This document shows, piece after piece, positions 45,694 to 55,677 of a stretch of DNA of 64,000 nt (positions within the stretch are counted from its first letter, which is position 1; each line of letters opens with the position of its first letter). The position numbers and the translations under genes were made by a program. This stretch comes from Clostridia bacterium (GTDB lineage Bacteria > Bacillota > Clostridia > HGM11327), in contig JAZQMY010000005.1 in assembly GCA_045627045.1 (NCBI GenBank), positions 26,531 through 90,530 of the forward strand, given 5' to 3'. The notes beneath the pieces are model-generated. The model saw only the letters and a program-made list of their open reading frames with translations, had not been told where the DNA came from and searched no databases.

Positions 45694-47140
45694 AATTACA
45701 ATTTAGCATCCTTTCTTTGAGCCAAGCAGAAAAGTCTGCGTTTTTCCCGGTATTCCCGATTGCAATATCCGTTATTATTTCTTGTTTCAGAAGATAATTT
45801 GCCATCTGTTCTTCTACCCCTTTTCCGATTACACGGCATGAAAGTGAGAACAGTTTCACTTTCTCATTTTGAATTGCCATTGCTCCGATCAAACCGTAAT
45901 CGCTGACGGTGTCTTTGTAATACACAGAGTATAGTGTCCCTTTTTCATCAAGCAGTGTTTTCAGACCCCCGATGGTAAAACGGCCTCCGTTGGTTTTTTG
46001 GTTCGTCCGCATAGACAGTTCAGATATCCGTTTCCATTCGCTACTGTCGGCAGGATGTATTTCCGTTTCTCCGATAGTATTCATTGTATCTATTGATGCC
46101 TGCTCTGCTTTGAAATTCATTGCCCGGATTTTTGCTGTATCACTGTTGTTTTCTTTTAGCTTGAAGCAAGAAAGATCTCTATATACGGTATACGGATCAA
46201 AAAGAACTGTCTGAACTTCCGGCAAAAGGAAATTCATTTCTTTTATTTCTTCCGCGGAATCATCGACAAATACAATACTGTCCGGAGAGATATGCAGCAA
46301 CCCGGCCATTTCTCTAATGTTATCTGCCTTTCTTGTATAACCCGCGCGAATAATTGCGAAGTCTGTGTCTTTCAGTAACATTCCTGTATGGCTTTTCAGA
46401 ACTTCTGACAATGTTTCCTTATCATTCTTGGAACAGATACACAGGATGACTCCTCCTTTTAAGAGCCGAAGGACAAATCTTTGAAAATCCTTGTATTTCT
46501 CTGAGATATCTATTCCTTCTATGCCGTCTTCGTTCAGGATACCTCCCCACAGGACACCATCACAGTCCAGCGTAAGACATTTCTTGGTTTTGGAATATGC
46601 GATACAGTATTGGGTATATACTTCCTCCGCTATTTTTTTTATCAGTATCTCGGAATAAGGAGAGTTCCAGCGGTATTTCCCCTTTGCATTATATGAGTTG
46701 TTTATTCCGACTTCGGCGATTATCCTCTTAAAATCAATCAGCACGTCTGTTTCATCCAGAATTTCGGAAATATACAGATTGAGTTTATCGGACAGCCCAT
46801 GATATGAGAGTAGGTTGCCGAATACATTGCTCTCTTTCAAGTAATAGTCTTCAAACCCGAGCCAGAGGATTTGTGCATTTGTTTTCTCCCTTACGGTTCC
46901 GTATATTTCAGTACATTTGTTACACATATCGATATACCCAGTAATATCCGGAACCAGACTCCATTCACTCAGATGAAGATATAATAAGGCAAAATCCACA
47001 TCGAATGTGCGGATTTCAAAAACAGAATTCAAATATATGTATGTAATCTCGATATTATCAGAAAACACCTCAGTAAAACAGGGCTTCAAATATGGCTCAA
47101 AGTTCACGTTGCTGATAACCGCTATCCGAATCATACTCAC
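45677..47140 (-). CDS. FkbH-like HAD-IIIC family protein
   Basis: 487 aa. HAD motif I in the FkbH form LDCDGVLWGG, motif FVDDS, and a C-terminal GNAT-like part. ATGA overlap with the ACP gene. Confidence 0.7.
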   Translation of the reverse strand: MSMIRIAVISNVNFEPYLKPCFTEVFSDNIEITYIYLNSVFEIRTFDVDFALLYLHLSEWSLVPDITGYIDMCNKCTEIYGTVREKTNAQILWLGFEDYYLKESNVFGNLLSYHGLSDKLNLYISEILDETDVLIDFKRIIAEVGINNSYNAKGKYRWNSPYSEILIKKIAEEVYTQYCIAYSKTKKCLTLDCDGVLWGGILNEDGIEGIDISEKYKDFQRFVLRLLKGGVILCICSKNDKETLSEVLKSHTGMLLKDTDFAIIRAGYTRKADNIREMAGLLHISPDSIVFVDDSAEEIKEMNFLLPEVQTVLFDPYTVYRDLSCFKLKENNSDTAKIRAMNFKAEQASIDTMNTIGETEIHPADSSEWKRISELSMRTNQKTNGGRFTIGGLKTLLDEKGTLYSVYYKDTVSDYGLIGAMAIQNEKVKLFSLSCRVIGKGVEEQMANYLLKQEIITDIAIGNTGKNADFSAWLKERMLNCNYVNKL

Positions 47141-47391
47141 GAATCCTCTAATATTTCATTAATAACGTCCATTATGTGGGATATTGAGTCCAATTCCAAC
47201 ATTGTCAGTTTTTCGTCTGGAAAATCAAAGTCATATGTTTCTTCCAATTTTACTATTACCGAAATAAAAACTATAGAGTCTACACCTATTTCTATTAGGT
47301 TCTTTTCTGTGTCTTCCTCTGTAATTTTAAGTTCATCTGTGCATGAATTGAACATCTCAATAAGCTCCTTGATAGTTGGCTTCTTATTCAT
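47137..47391 (-). CDS. Acyl carrier protein
   Basis: 84 aa, acidic, with phosphopantetheine attachment motif GVDSIVF. Confidence 0.8.
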   Translation of the reverse strand: MNKKPTIKELIEMFNSCTDELKITEEDTEKNLIEIGVDSIVFISVIVKLEETYDFDFPDEKLTMLELDSISHIMDVINEILEDS

Positions 47392-48280
47392 CGTTTGCTC
47401 CCATAAAAACTTTTTTATTGATTTCTATCTTTCTTCTGTCTCTGTCGGTCAGGTCGGCTTCTATTAAAGGCAAGAGGTTATCTGCTTCCAACCGTGTGTT
47501 AAAGTCTACTTTCCACTCTTTTCGCTCTTTTTCGCAAAGCCCGTAAAGGTTCAGAAGTCTTTCTCCCTCCGGCGTACGGAATGCTTCGATGTATTTCTTC
47601 AGTATTTCATCCTCAAACACCTGGCTGGTATAATAAAGGACGTAAAAGACATATGGGATTATTTCATATTCCGAACTGATTCTGTACAGCTTTTCAATAG
47701 ATATTTCTTCAAAATTATTCTTTAGAAGATAATACACATCCTTGAACATTTCGTATTTGATACTATTCCTTGTCGCAAGAAGAAAGATACTGTTCATATC
47801 TTTATAATGATGGAGGATAAGCTGTACCATCGTTTTTAGCGGAGGAAGTGTTTTGACCTTTACCCCGTATATTTCCATATCTACTGTATCTGATAGGAAT
47901 TCCTCTATATCCACTCTTTTCTCTTCATATTCGCCCCAAAATATATCATAATTTATATCAATTGTAATAGGTAGATTCCCTACTTTAATTGCGTACTTTT
48001 GCAATTGATGCGAAGAAAGAAGGGGGAGAGCTCTGCTTATCCGATTAGAACACTGGCAAAAACCTATTTTTTGTAAAATACTTTCAACAACTTCTAAATT
48101 ATCTCGAGATACCAAAATATCAATATCTTGATATTGACGCAATCCCGACCTTTCGTATGCCATAATTGATAACGGTTCTCCTTTTATCAAAGCATAGGGT
48201 ATATCACCATTACCAAGTTGGTTCAACATGCCAGAACAACGTGAATACATTGCACTATATATTATGCTAGAATCAATCAT
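47384..48280 (-). CDS. Nucleotidyltransferase-family protein (NTP_transf_5-like)
   Basis: 298 aa. LKGEPLS...YQDIDILV resembles the uncharacterised nucleotidyltransferases found with HPr-kinase-like genes in peptide clusters. 8-nt overlap with the ACP gene. Confidence 0.6.
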   Translation of the reverse strand: MIDSSIIYSAMYSRCSGMLNQLGNGDIPYALIKGEPLSIMAYERSGLRQYQDIDILVSRDNLEVVESILQKIGFCQCSNRISRALPLLSSHQLQKYAIKVGNLPITIDINYDIFWGEYEEKRVDIEEFLSDTVDMEIYGVKVKTLPPLKTMVQLILHHYKDMNSIFLLATRNSIKYEMFKDVYYLLKNNFEEISIEKLYRISSEYEIIPYVFYVLYYTSQVFEDEILKKYIEAFRTPEGERLLNLYGLCEKERKEWKVDFNTRLEADNLLPLIEADLTDRDRRKIEINKKVFMGANDE

Positions 48281-48994
48281 ATAATACTGGTATAATTAAA
48301 TCATCCCCCAGCAAAAGATTCAATTACAAACTTCCTTTTCAAAAATTGGACTGTATGATATAATACTTGTGCTTTTAGGAGAACAGAGGATCAGGCACTG
48401 CTGGGAAGCGACCTGAGCACCGTTCCAGATTTTAAGAAGGAAAATACTTCCGATTGAATTGGCTCATCGCCCTTCGGAAAACATAAGGCAATAAACCAAT
48501 CCGGTAACTTTTTTGAAAAGTCCCATAATCCATTTCATATTTGAACTACAGCGACTTCGGTTGACTGGTTAATGGAGGGCTTGGCTGCGAGCTTTTTCCA
48601 GTTATTGTTATTAGTTTGTTATAGCGAAGGGCACATGCTCTTAGACTAGTTATAGGAAACCAGGGAATTGGGGAAGGTTACTCAGGGAGCACCGTGGCTT
48701 TTTCTTCATTTTCAAGGCGGACCGTCACATCCTCGTCGGTATCGATGTTGCATTCAAAAAGCATGATTATTTCATACTCCGCAAAGAAAGTGGTGAAACT
48801 AAAGTAGCTGCACTTCTCAACGGGCACTAAAAATGCGCCGCAGGACAACTCATAGAAGCTACTGGACACACGTAGAACTAAAGTCTGACTGCTACGCTTT
48901 TGAACTCACTGACAACATTGAGGAATTCGAATATATCTAACGCCACGTTGATAATTCTAATCAATAATGCTACATATTTGCAATGAATTTGTGT

Positions 48995-49906
48995 TCAGAC
49001 ATCGGTTAAATACTCGCAAATTTCCGCAATATCGTCAGCAGTTTTTTCGATTTCCTCAAGATTGTTCGGGATGATAATTTTGTAAAAAACCACCTTATCT
49101 GTAATTTCGTTAAACAAAAAAGATTTTTCAACCATATCGCAAAATTTGTACCCTAAAGAATTTGTTCCACATATGTTAAAATGAAGCAACATTTTTTTAT
49201 TGAACGTATTAGACACTTTATTCAATGATACCTTTTTACTGTTTTCGCGTTGAATAACGATGATAGAATCGATAGGTTGGCATGTTGTTCGATGTGTCCA
49301 TTTATCAGGTGGCTTCAGATATATCTTATTTTGTATATTTCTCCTCAAATCACAGTTTTCGCTATGTAATTGCAAAGCTTCATATGCAGTTTCAGTCAAT
49401 TTTAAACAATTTGCCCCAGAATATCCCACTATTCTCTCGTGCAAACATATTGCGATTGTATCGTCTGAAAAGAATGGATACCGCTTTTTTACAATTGCAG
49501 AGACCAATGTTGTTTTTCCTGAGCCTTTAGGAGCACATATCGGAATTAAATGGTTATTACAAATAAAACCTGATCCGTGCAATAACAACATTTGTTTACG
49601 AACTAAAAACAAGGCAAACGGTAAATTGAGTAAAGTTGATTGAATTTGTTCCAAAGTTATGGCTTGAGCAAAAATTATGTTACTATTATAATCCAGTCTG
49701 TATTTAATGTTTGAGTTGAGTTCCAACTCGTCGATTTCATCTCTCATATTAACACTAACAAACATTTTATCGTCCACACAATTGTTATCACACAAACTGA
49801 TTTCTAGAGTAACTACATCCATAAAAATTTGATTCGAATAAACGTCCAATATATTCAACTCATAATTGGATAATAATTTGAATCCATACAAATAATACTG
49901 AAACAA
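48995..49906 (-). CDS. HPr-kinase-C-terminal-domain-like P-loop protein (HprK-related kinase)
   Basis: 303 aa. LLLHGSGFI...ICAPKGSGKTTL matches the HprK-like core (hHGS/A..G....GxSGxGKS/T). Confidence 0.65.
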   Translation of the reverse strand: MFQYYLYGFKLLSNYELNILDVYSNQIFMDVVTLEISLCDNNCVDDKMFVSVNMRDEIDELELNSNIKYRLDYNSNIIFAQAITLEQIQSTLLNLPFALFLVRKQMLLLHGSGFICNNHLIPICAPKGSGKTTLVSAIVKKRYPFFSDDTIAICLHERIVGYSGANCLKLTETAYEALQLHSENCDLRRNIQNKIYLKPPDKWTHRTTCQPIDSIIVIQRENSKKVSLNKVSNTFNKKMLLHFNICGTNSLGYKFCDMVEKSFLFNEITDKVVFYKIIIPNNLEEIEKTADDIAEICEYLTDV

Positions 49907-49933
49907 GCCATCTCACCCTACTTTATATATTCT

Positions 49934-51631
49934 TTACTTATTCTCAACGATTTCAATTAACTGTCCTTTTTGAAACCGTAACACTACATCCGCAAACTTA
50001 GTCAGCTCATGATTGTGTGTGACAAATATAATTATTCTGTCATTACTATTCTTTTCGCACATATGCTGTATAATAGACTCTCCTGAAGCACTATCAATAG
50101 CGCTAGTAGGTTCATCCATAACAACTATTCTTTTATCTTTTAGATTTAAAGCAGCACGTATATTTGCTAGCTTTTGTTTTTCTCCGCCTGAGCACTCCAA
50201 ACCGGTGGCAACAAATGTTTTAGAATAATCGTTTTGTATTTCATTAAATCTGTCTAAATTAAAAACTCTGGTGAGATTAAGATACTCCTTCATATCATCT
50301 TCGTTTTCAATCAAAAGATTGTTTTTGATACTCATTCCGTCAATAAATTGAAAATCCTGCAAAATGCTTGAAACCTTTGAGTAATAATCAATCAAATTAA
50401 TCTCAGATAATAGGTGATCATTTACCAGTATCTGTCCTTCTGTTGGCCGATATAGTCCTAATATCAATTTTATGAGGGTACTTTTTCCTGACCCGTTTTC
50501 CCCAATAATAGCATAAGTTTTCCCTAACAAAAAATCAAAAGTAATCTTTGATAAAGCAAAACCATCTGTACCATAGTAACGATAAGAAACCTCTTTAAGT
50601 GAAATACAATTTATCTTATCGTCTCTCAATTTTTGTGTCGATATGTTAGATTCTGTTATTTGTTTGAACTTTTCATAATTCTTGCTCTCTAACACTCCTC
50701 CATAAAGGCTTGCAACCAATTTAATCATAGAAAAAAGCACACCGCTAAATTGCAAGGATGTATTTAATGTCACGGTGTAGTCGCCAATCGTCATTTCGCC
50801 TGATAACAACATATACCCAAATAATATCATAATGCCAAGCGTTACACTATTTTGCAAAACATTACCTGCTTGCGTGTAATAGAATAACCTAAGATTATTC
50901 TTAAAAGTGGATGTAATAAACGATTTTGAAATATCCGTAAATGTATATTTTAGAATTGGGTAAGTCCCATTGAGTCGAATATCTCTAGCTTGTTGTTTGT
51001 TTAGCAACAAGCCTTGAAAATAATTGATTTTTCTCCTCATTAATGTCGTTTGATTATTATACTCAACATCACACTTCGCCTTTTTTATCATTAACACATA
51101 ATTGACTATTACACTAGCAGAAATAGCTAATAACACCAAATAATTGAATTGAGCAACGATATAAATATACGATATAATAGTTATCGTGGTAGAGACTACA
51201 TTCAGAAATGTGTCAAAAACCCTTAATCCCACACCCGTTGCAAAGCCAAACGCTCTCTGAAAAATATTTGCTGTTTCAACATCATCATAATAATCGTATT
51301 GCATAATGAACATTCTGTCTAACGCTTCGCTCGTAATTAATAAATTGGCCTGCTGCAAGAGCTTATTTGAAAACAATTCAATAACCGCATATATCAATGA
51401 CAGTATTGTTTGCATGATTACAAAAAATACCACATATAAAAGGAAATAGTATATACTTTGTCTTACAACAATTGCGTCCAATATGTATTTAGGCATTACC
51501 GCGCTAAAAACGGGAAAAAAGCCTCCAATTAAAGCCAGCAAAACTTTTAATATAACAAAAATGCAATTTTTCTTTGCCACAGAAAATATAAAATTTAAAT
51601 AAAATTTAATTTCTTTCATAACATACTCCAA
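49934..51631 (-). CDS. ABC exporter, fused permease/ATPase (no peptidase domain)
   Basis: 565 aa. Six-TM N-terminal half, Walker A GENGSGKST, signature CSGGEKQK, Walker B VVMDEPTS. Confidence 0.88.
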   Translation of the reverse strand: MEYVMKEIKFYLNFIFSVAKKNCIFVILKVLLALIGGFFPVFSAVMPKYILDAIVVRQSIYYFLLYVVFFVIMQTILSLIYAVIELFSNKLLQQANLLITSEALDRMFIMQYDYYDDVETANIFQRAFGFATGVGLRVFDTFLNVVSTTITIISYIYIVAQFNYLVLLAISASVIVNYVLMIKKAKCDVEYNNQTTLMRRKINYFQGLLLNKQQARDIRLNGTYPILKYTFTDISKSFITSTFKNNLRLFYYTQAGNVLQNSVTLGIMILFGYMLLSGEMTIGDYTVTLNTSLQFSGVLFSMIKLVASLYGGVLESKNYEKFKQITESNISTQKLRDDKINCISLKEVSYRYYGTDGFALSKITFDFLLGKTYAIIGENGSGKSTLIKLILGLYRPTEGQILVNDHLLSEINLIDYYSKVSSILQDFQFIDGMSIKNNLLIENEDDMKEYLNLTRVFNLDRFNEIQNDYSKTFVATGLECSGGEKQKLANIRAALNLKDKRIVVMDEPTSAIDSASGESIIQHMCEKNSNDRIIIFVTHNHELTKFADVVLRFQKGQLIEIVENK

Positions 51632-52252
51632 ATAAAAAGCATAATCATAAGGGAACCTCTATAAATTGAATTTTTCAGTTCCCGTTTTTGATTTTTCGGT
51701 TCAAATTTCGAAATTATTTCCATGCACATATTATAAACAAGATTAGTAAGACCGATATTGAACTTGGCTCTCTCAATACCGATTGAACGTACAGTAAGCC
51801 CATGCATTGTCATTGTCATAAAACCGAATACATGCTCAATTCTTGCTCTTGTTTTGGTCTTGATTCGATTGCTTTCTTTTTGCTTTGCTGTCAAAGATTT
51901 AAGGCAGCCCTTTTCATGAACATGATTGGTTACGTGCTTTGGTAATTCTTTTCCTGCATAGGCGGCTGTCGACATAAACTTATTTATCGTTTTTGTCGAT
52001 AAAATCCACAAACCCATTGCTGTCGTGTACATTTGCAGATGTTACGGCATAATCGATGATAAGCTTGCTTTCGGCATCGACTTTGGTATGATCCTTATAG
52101 CCGTAATGTGTTTCATTGCCCTTCTTTGTCCAACGGGCATCAGTATCTTTTTGAGCCAGTTTTGCCTTGTTTTCCTCCCATTCTTCAGGTATTTCGCCGT
52201 TTTTTATTATCTTGTTCTCCTCACTGTTGTTTCTTCGATGGGAAGCGTCCAC
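51616..52252 (-). pseudogene. IS5-family transposase remnant (5'-truncated, frameshifted)
   Basis: Two overlapping ORF fragments (..QKDTDARWTKKGNETHYGYKDHTKVD.. and ..RARIEHVFGFM....RSIGIERAKFNIGLTNLVYN) cover only the DDE core. The N-terminal third is missing and there is a frame shift near 52030. Confidence 0.8.
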
Positions 52253-52268
52253 ATACGTACTATCTCTA

Positions 52269-53621
52269 TCAAAATAATCTGGTTTTGCTTTTTTCGTAAT
52301 TCAAGTATACAATTTGATCCAAATTGTCCTTGGTGGGAGAGCACTTGGGTGATACCTCAAAACCATTTTTCACTCTATATGCAGGGCATGAAGATCCACA
52401 GCAAAATGGATATGCAATACACCCGAAACACTTATTTTTGCGTAGATACTCTATGTAAAATTTATCATCCAAAATCCATAATTTCTCTTTTTCAGCGTTT
52501 ATGTTAAAATACCCTTCGTTAATATCTCCAATTACAAATGGGGATTCACAATCTGGTGATTCTTCCAATGTACATTTTCCGATGCATCCATTTTTGTATA
52601 TAACATATGTGTGTTTTTTATTAGCATAGCACAACTCTGATCCACAAGCAAAATTATAGTGTTTTGCAGGGTAAATATCCATTTCCCCGCACTTCTTCAA
52701 CAATTGCTCCATTATGTATGGATGATACTCACTAGAAATGGCAGAGTATTGGTCGTCATTTTCACCGCCCCAGTGTCCAATAGCCTTAAAGGCTATTTCA
52801 AATCTAGCATCATCCTTGAAATTAAAACTGAAATACTCCAAAAATCTCTCAATGCTGTTAAGAATTTCAAAATTGTAATTAACACGTATTAAAACTTTAA
52901 ACTGCTTCTCTATAGTTTTCATTTGCAATAAATTATTGGTTATTCTTTCCCACGTTGGATTGCCAAACTTGTCATATCTATATTTATCATGAGTTTCCGC
53001 CATCCCGTCCACTGTGATTTGGAAAATATTAACGCTTGCATCAATTAATTCTTCAGCAAGTTTTTTCTTAAGAAGTGAACCATTTGTTGTCATACTGTGC
53101 TGAAATACAATATTTTTTGATTGACAGAAATTATTAATACGAGTCGTTAAGTCAAGTATTTGGTCATAAAACAGCAATGGCTCACCGCCAAACCATTCAA
53201 TTTTCAAAAAACCAAATCCGACAGTTTCATAGTGTGCTACAATAGAAGAATATATATTTTCAATCGTTGCTTGACTCATAAATCCCGCTTCTTTATTCTC
53301 ATAGCAATACTTGCATTTGAAATTGCATTCTAATGTAGGAAAAATAATTAGTGATAAACTATTTTCATCTCCAATAATTTTTCTTATTTGGTGATATACC
53401 CTCAAATCTTCATCGTCATTCACGGCAACGCAATAGTTTTCAACTATGCGTTTATCTAATTGTTCGGAACTAATTGGACGATCTACTAGCGAACGAATTT
53501 GCTGAATTAAAGATTCATCAAATATAACACTTTGTTTTCCAGTAACAGTATTATATACTATCATTTCTTCGGTTTCATCTAGTTCTATGACCTTTGTATA
53601 TTTTGATAATGTGTATTTCAT
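52269..53621 (-). CDS. Radical SAM/SPASM peptide maturase with N-terminal RRE-like extension
   Basis: 450 aa. CNFKCKYC (CX3CX2C) at about residue 90. C-terminal Cys cluster CFGCIAYPFCCGSSCP (SPASM-like). The N-terminal 85 aa (..EEMIVYNTVTGKQSVIFDES..) looks like a PqqD/RRE-type domain. Confidence 0.8.
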   Translation of the reverse strand: MKYTLSKYTKVIELDETEEMIVYNTVTGKQSVIFDESLIQQIRSLVDRPISSEQLDKRIVENYCVAVNDDEDLRVYHQIRKIIGDENSLSLIIFPTLECNFKCKYCYENKEAGFMSQATIENIYSSIVAHYETVGFGFLKIEWFGGEPLLFYDQILDLTTRINNFCQSKNIVFQHSMTTNGSLLKKKLAEELIDASVNIFQITVDGMAETHDKYRYDKFGNPTWERITNNLLQMKTIEKQFKVLIRVNYNFEILNSIERFLEYFSFNFKDDARFEIAFKAIGHWGGENDDQYSAISSEYHPYIMEQLLKKCGEMDIYPAKHYNFACGSELCYANKKHTYVIYKNGCIGKCTLEESPDCESPFVIGDINEGYFNINAEKEKLWILDDKFYIEYLRKNKCFGCIAYPFCCGSSCPAYRVKNGFEVSPKCSPTKDNLDQIVYLNYEKSKTRLF

Positions 53622-53932
53622 ATTAATCTCAATTCTGCCGCTAAAGCATCACCACAAATAGGAATGAAAGAGTGCTACTAGGCGGCGATTTTGTAACAAT
53701 TTTCTGTTAAAATGTTTTCAGGGAGAAGACACACTACAACGCACAGGGAGGTGAGTCGTAGAAGTACTTCTTGCTGAAAACAGTATTTTAATCAGTGTTA
53801 GAATCATCTTGTCAAGCACAAATAAGTGTTGACACCGAGCACGTACGCTAAAAAATGTTTTAACGCCTGTTAAATTGTGTGATGATTCAGTCACTGTCTT
53901 CTCCTCACAGCTTAATTTGAGGAGGGATATTT

Positions 53933-55160
53933 TTGAAAGTTGTATTTCCTGTTTGCTACGGTATCGATGTTTACAAAACATTTTTGGTCGGAACGACTAT
54001 TTCAACCACAGACGGTGTACACCCGCATTACCAAAAGAAACGCTTTTCCACATATAATTCAGACCCGCATCGCTTTGCCGACTGGCTTCTCGCAAACAAC
54101 CGCTATGATATCTGTATGGAATCCGCTGGCAAGTATTGGGTTCCGATTTTCAACATTCTTGAAGAATGCGGCATCCGTGTTGCGATTTTCAATCCCAAAT
54201 AGGTAAAAGCCGTCAAGGGTAACAAGGACGATATAAAACGACTTGTTTCGTTTGAGGCTTTTCCCGGGGAGTTTTATTCCGCCTAAGGAAATTCGCATCC
54301 TTCGTGAATTTGCCCGCTATCGCTACAAACTAGTTTCAGTGAAAAGCAGTGAGAAAAACCATTTTCAAAACGCTTTTACCGTTTGTAATGTTGCTCTTGA
54401 TTCTGTTGTTTCGGATATGTTCGGCAAATCTGCAACTGCAATTACAGATTACCTCATCTCCGAAGATTCATTCAATCTGGAATATTGCGTCTCTCTTTTA
54501 CAGCGTTCCCTGAAAAAGAAGTCCGATTCCGTGCTTGAATCCATTGAAGGATATTCCATTACAAATGAGCAAAAATTGCAAATGAGAATTGTACGTTCTC
54601 ATCTGTATTACATTACTAGCACTATTTCTCAGGTGGATTCTGCGATTGATGCGATGGTCGCAAAGCACGATGTGGTGATTTCTCTGCTCTGTACTATTCC
54701 CGGTGTTGACCGCAATTCTGTCATTACGATCATTTCCGAAATCGGTACCGATATATCTCAATTCGGTTCCTCAAAACGCCTGTGCTGCTGGGCGGGACTA
54801 ACGCCCAATAACAATGAATTTGCCGGCAAGAAAAAGTCTGTTCGCATTACACGTGCTGGAGTATATCTCAAACCTGCATTGGTGCAAATTGCCCATGCAG
54901 CCGTGAAACCAACCGACAATTCTTACCACCGTTTGAAGTATGAGCAAATTTCCAAGTGCAGAGGAAAGAAACGAGCCATCATTGCCATCGCACGGATGAT
55001 TCTCACTGCTGTTTTCAAAATGATGTCTACCGGCGAAGTCTGGAATCATAAAAATCTCTTCAAAGTCGATATGCCGAAATCACTCATAGAACGCAAACTT
55101 ACCAAAGCTGTCAAACAAGCCACTAAATTCCTTGAAAAGCAAGGATTGACCGTTTCTTAG
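53933..55160 (+). pseudogene. IS110-family transposase, disrupted
   Basis: The N-terminal DEDD domain (VCYGIDVYKTF...MESAGKYW) ends at an in-frame TAG where IS110 proteins have NPKW. The frame then changes before the C-terminal domain (FIPPKEIRILREFARYRYKL...). Confidence 0.8.
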
Positions 55161-55351
55161 TTCTTTGTTGAATACCTTTTCGTTAACCTTGCAAAAAAAT
55201 ATCGTCTTGCAATGTCTTTTCCTTATGCCTTTCGTCATGTGGACGTGGTATTTCTTTTACGCTAACACCTTTAATTATATTAACAACAGCGACGTTCAAA
55301 ATAGTTAATAAACTTCCTTGAACAATTCTGCCAATAAAAATTTCGAATATC

Positions 55352-55405
55352 ATTCCGAGACGCCAAACGACAAAGCAACTTGGCATCTCGGAATCCGTTT
55401 TTTTT
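55352..55405 (+). terminator. Strong hairpin plus T-run (terminator in plus orientation, probably IS110-associated)
   Basis: ATTCCGAGACGCCAA / TTGGCATCTCGGAAT 15-bp stem followed by CCGTTTTTTTT. Confidence 0.65.
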
Positions 55406-55502
55406 GTGGCAATCTCATTTTTGAAATGCAGATTACCACGGGGCTACCGCCACTCACAATGACAACTCAATCCCATTTTACTACTTCGACTTTATATTTG
55501 CG

Positions 55503-55628
55503 TTATGAACATGCGATGCCCAAATTGGGCGAACAACCACATTGTGGAACAATATTTATTGTTCCACCGCATCCAGGAATAAAGTTAATTCCGTTGGGGG
55601 CAGTTATGTTGTTATCAAAATCCTTCAC
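55503..55628 (-). CDS. Candidate RiPP precursor peptide B (41 aa, not in ORF track)
   Basis: GTG start 9 nt after AAAGGAG. Translation: (M)KDFDNNITAPNGINFIPGCGGTINIVPQCGCSPNLGIACS. Paralogous to peptide A. Confidence 0.7.
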   Translation of the reverse strand: MKDFDNNITAPNGINFIPGCGGTINIVPQCGCSPNLGIACS

Positions 55629-55677
55629 ACCAATATACTCCTTTCTGTGTTGTGATTATCAATGAATATTAGTTTAT

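Noticed and set aside
48361-48660. Known ncRNA classes in the spacer: SRP-like GGAAG loop, hammerhead CUGAUGA core, and group II intron 5' GUGCG or domain V.
   Set aside because: None of the diagnostic core sequences is present by eye. This needs a covariance-model search.
48678-48869. A 63-aa ORF in the intra-cluster spacer, considered as a possible PqqD/RRE or precursor gene.
   Set aside because: It has a GTG start without an SD and no recognisable motif. It looks more like a gene fragment, so it is reported only within the spacer finding.
53718-54206. ORFs 53718-53981 (minus strand) and 53940-54206 (plus strand).
   Set aside because: They overlap the IS110 transposase N-terminal domain in other frames or on the other strand. 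The recognisable IS110 frame is 53933-54202.
55183-55665. ORFs 55183-55386 (minus strand) and 55318-55665 (plus strand).
   Set aside because: The first starts inside a 15-bp hairpin and has no SD or recognisable family. The second is antisense to precursor B and spans the hairpin. Both are judged non-coding.
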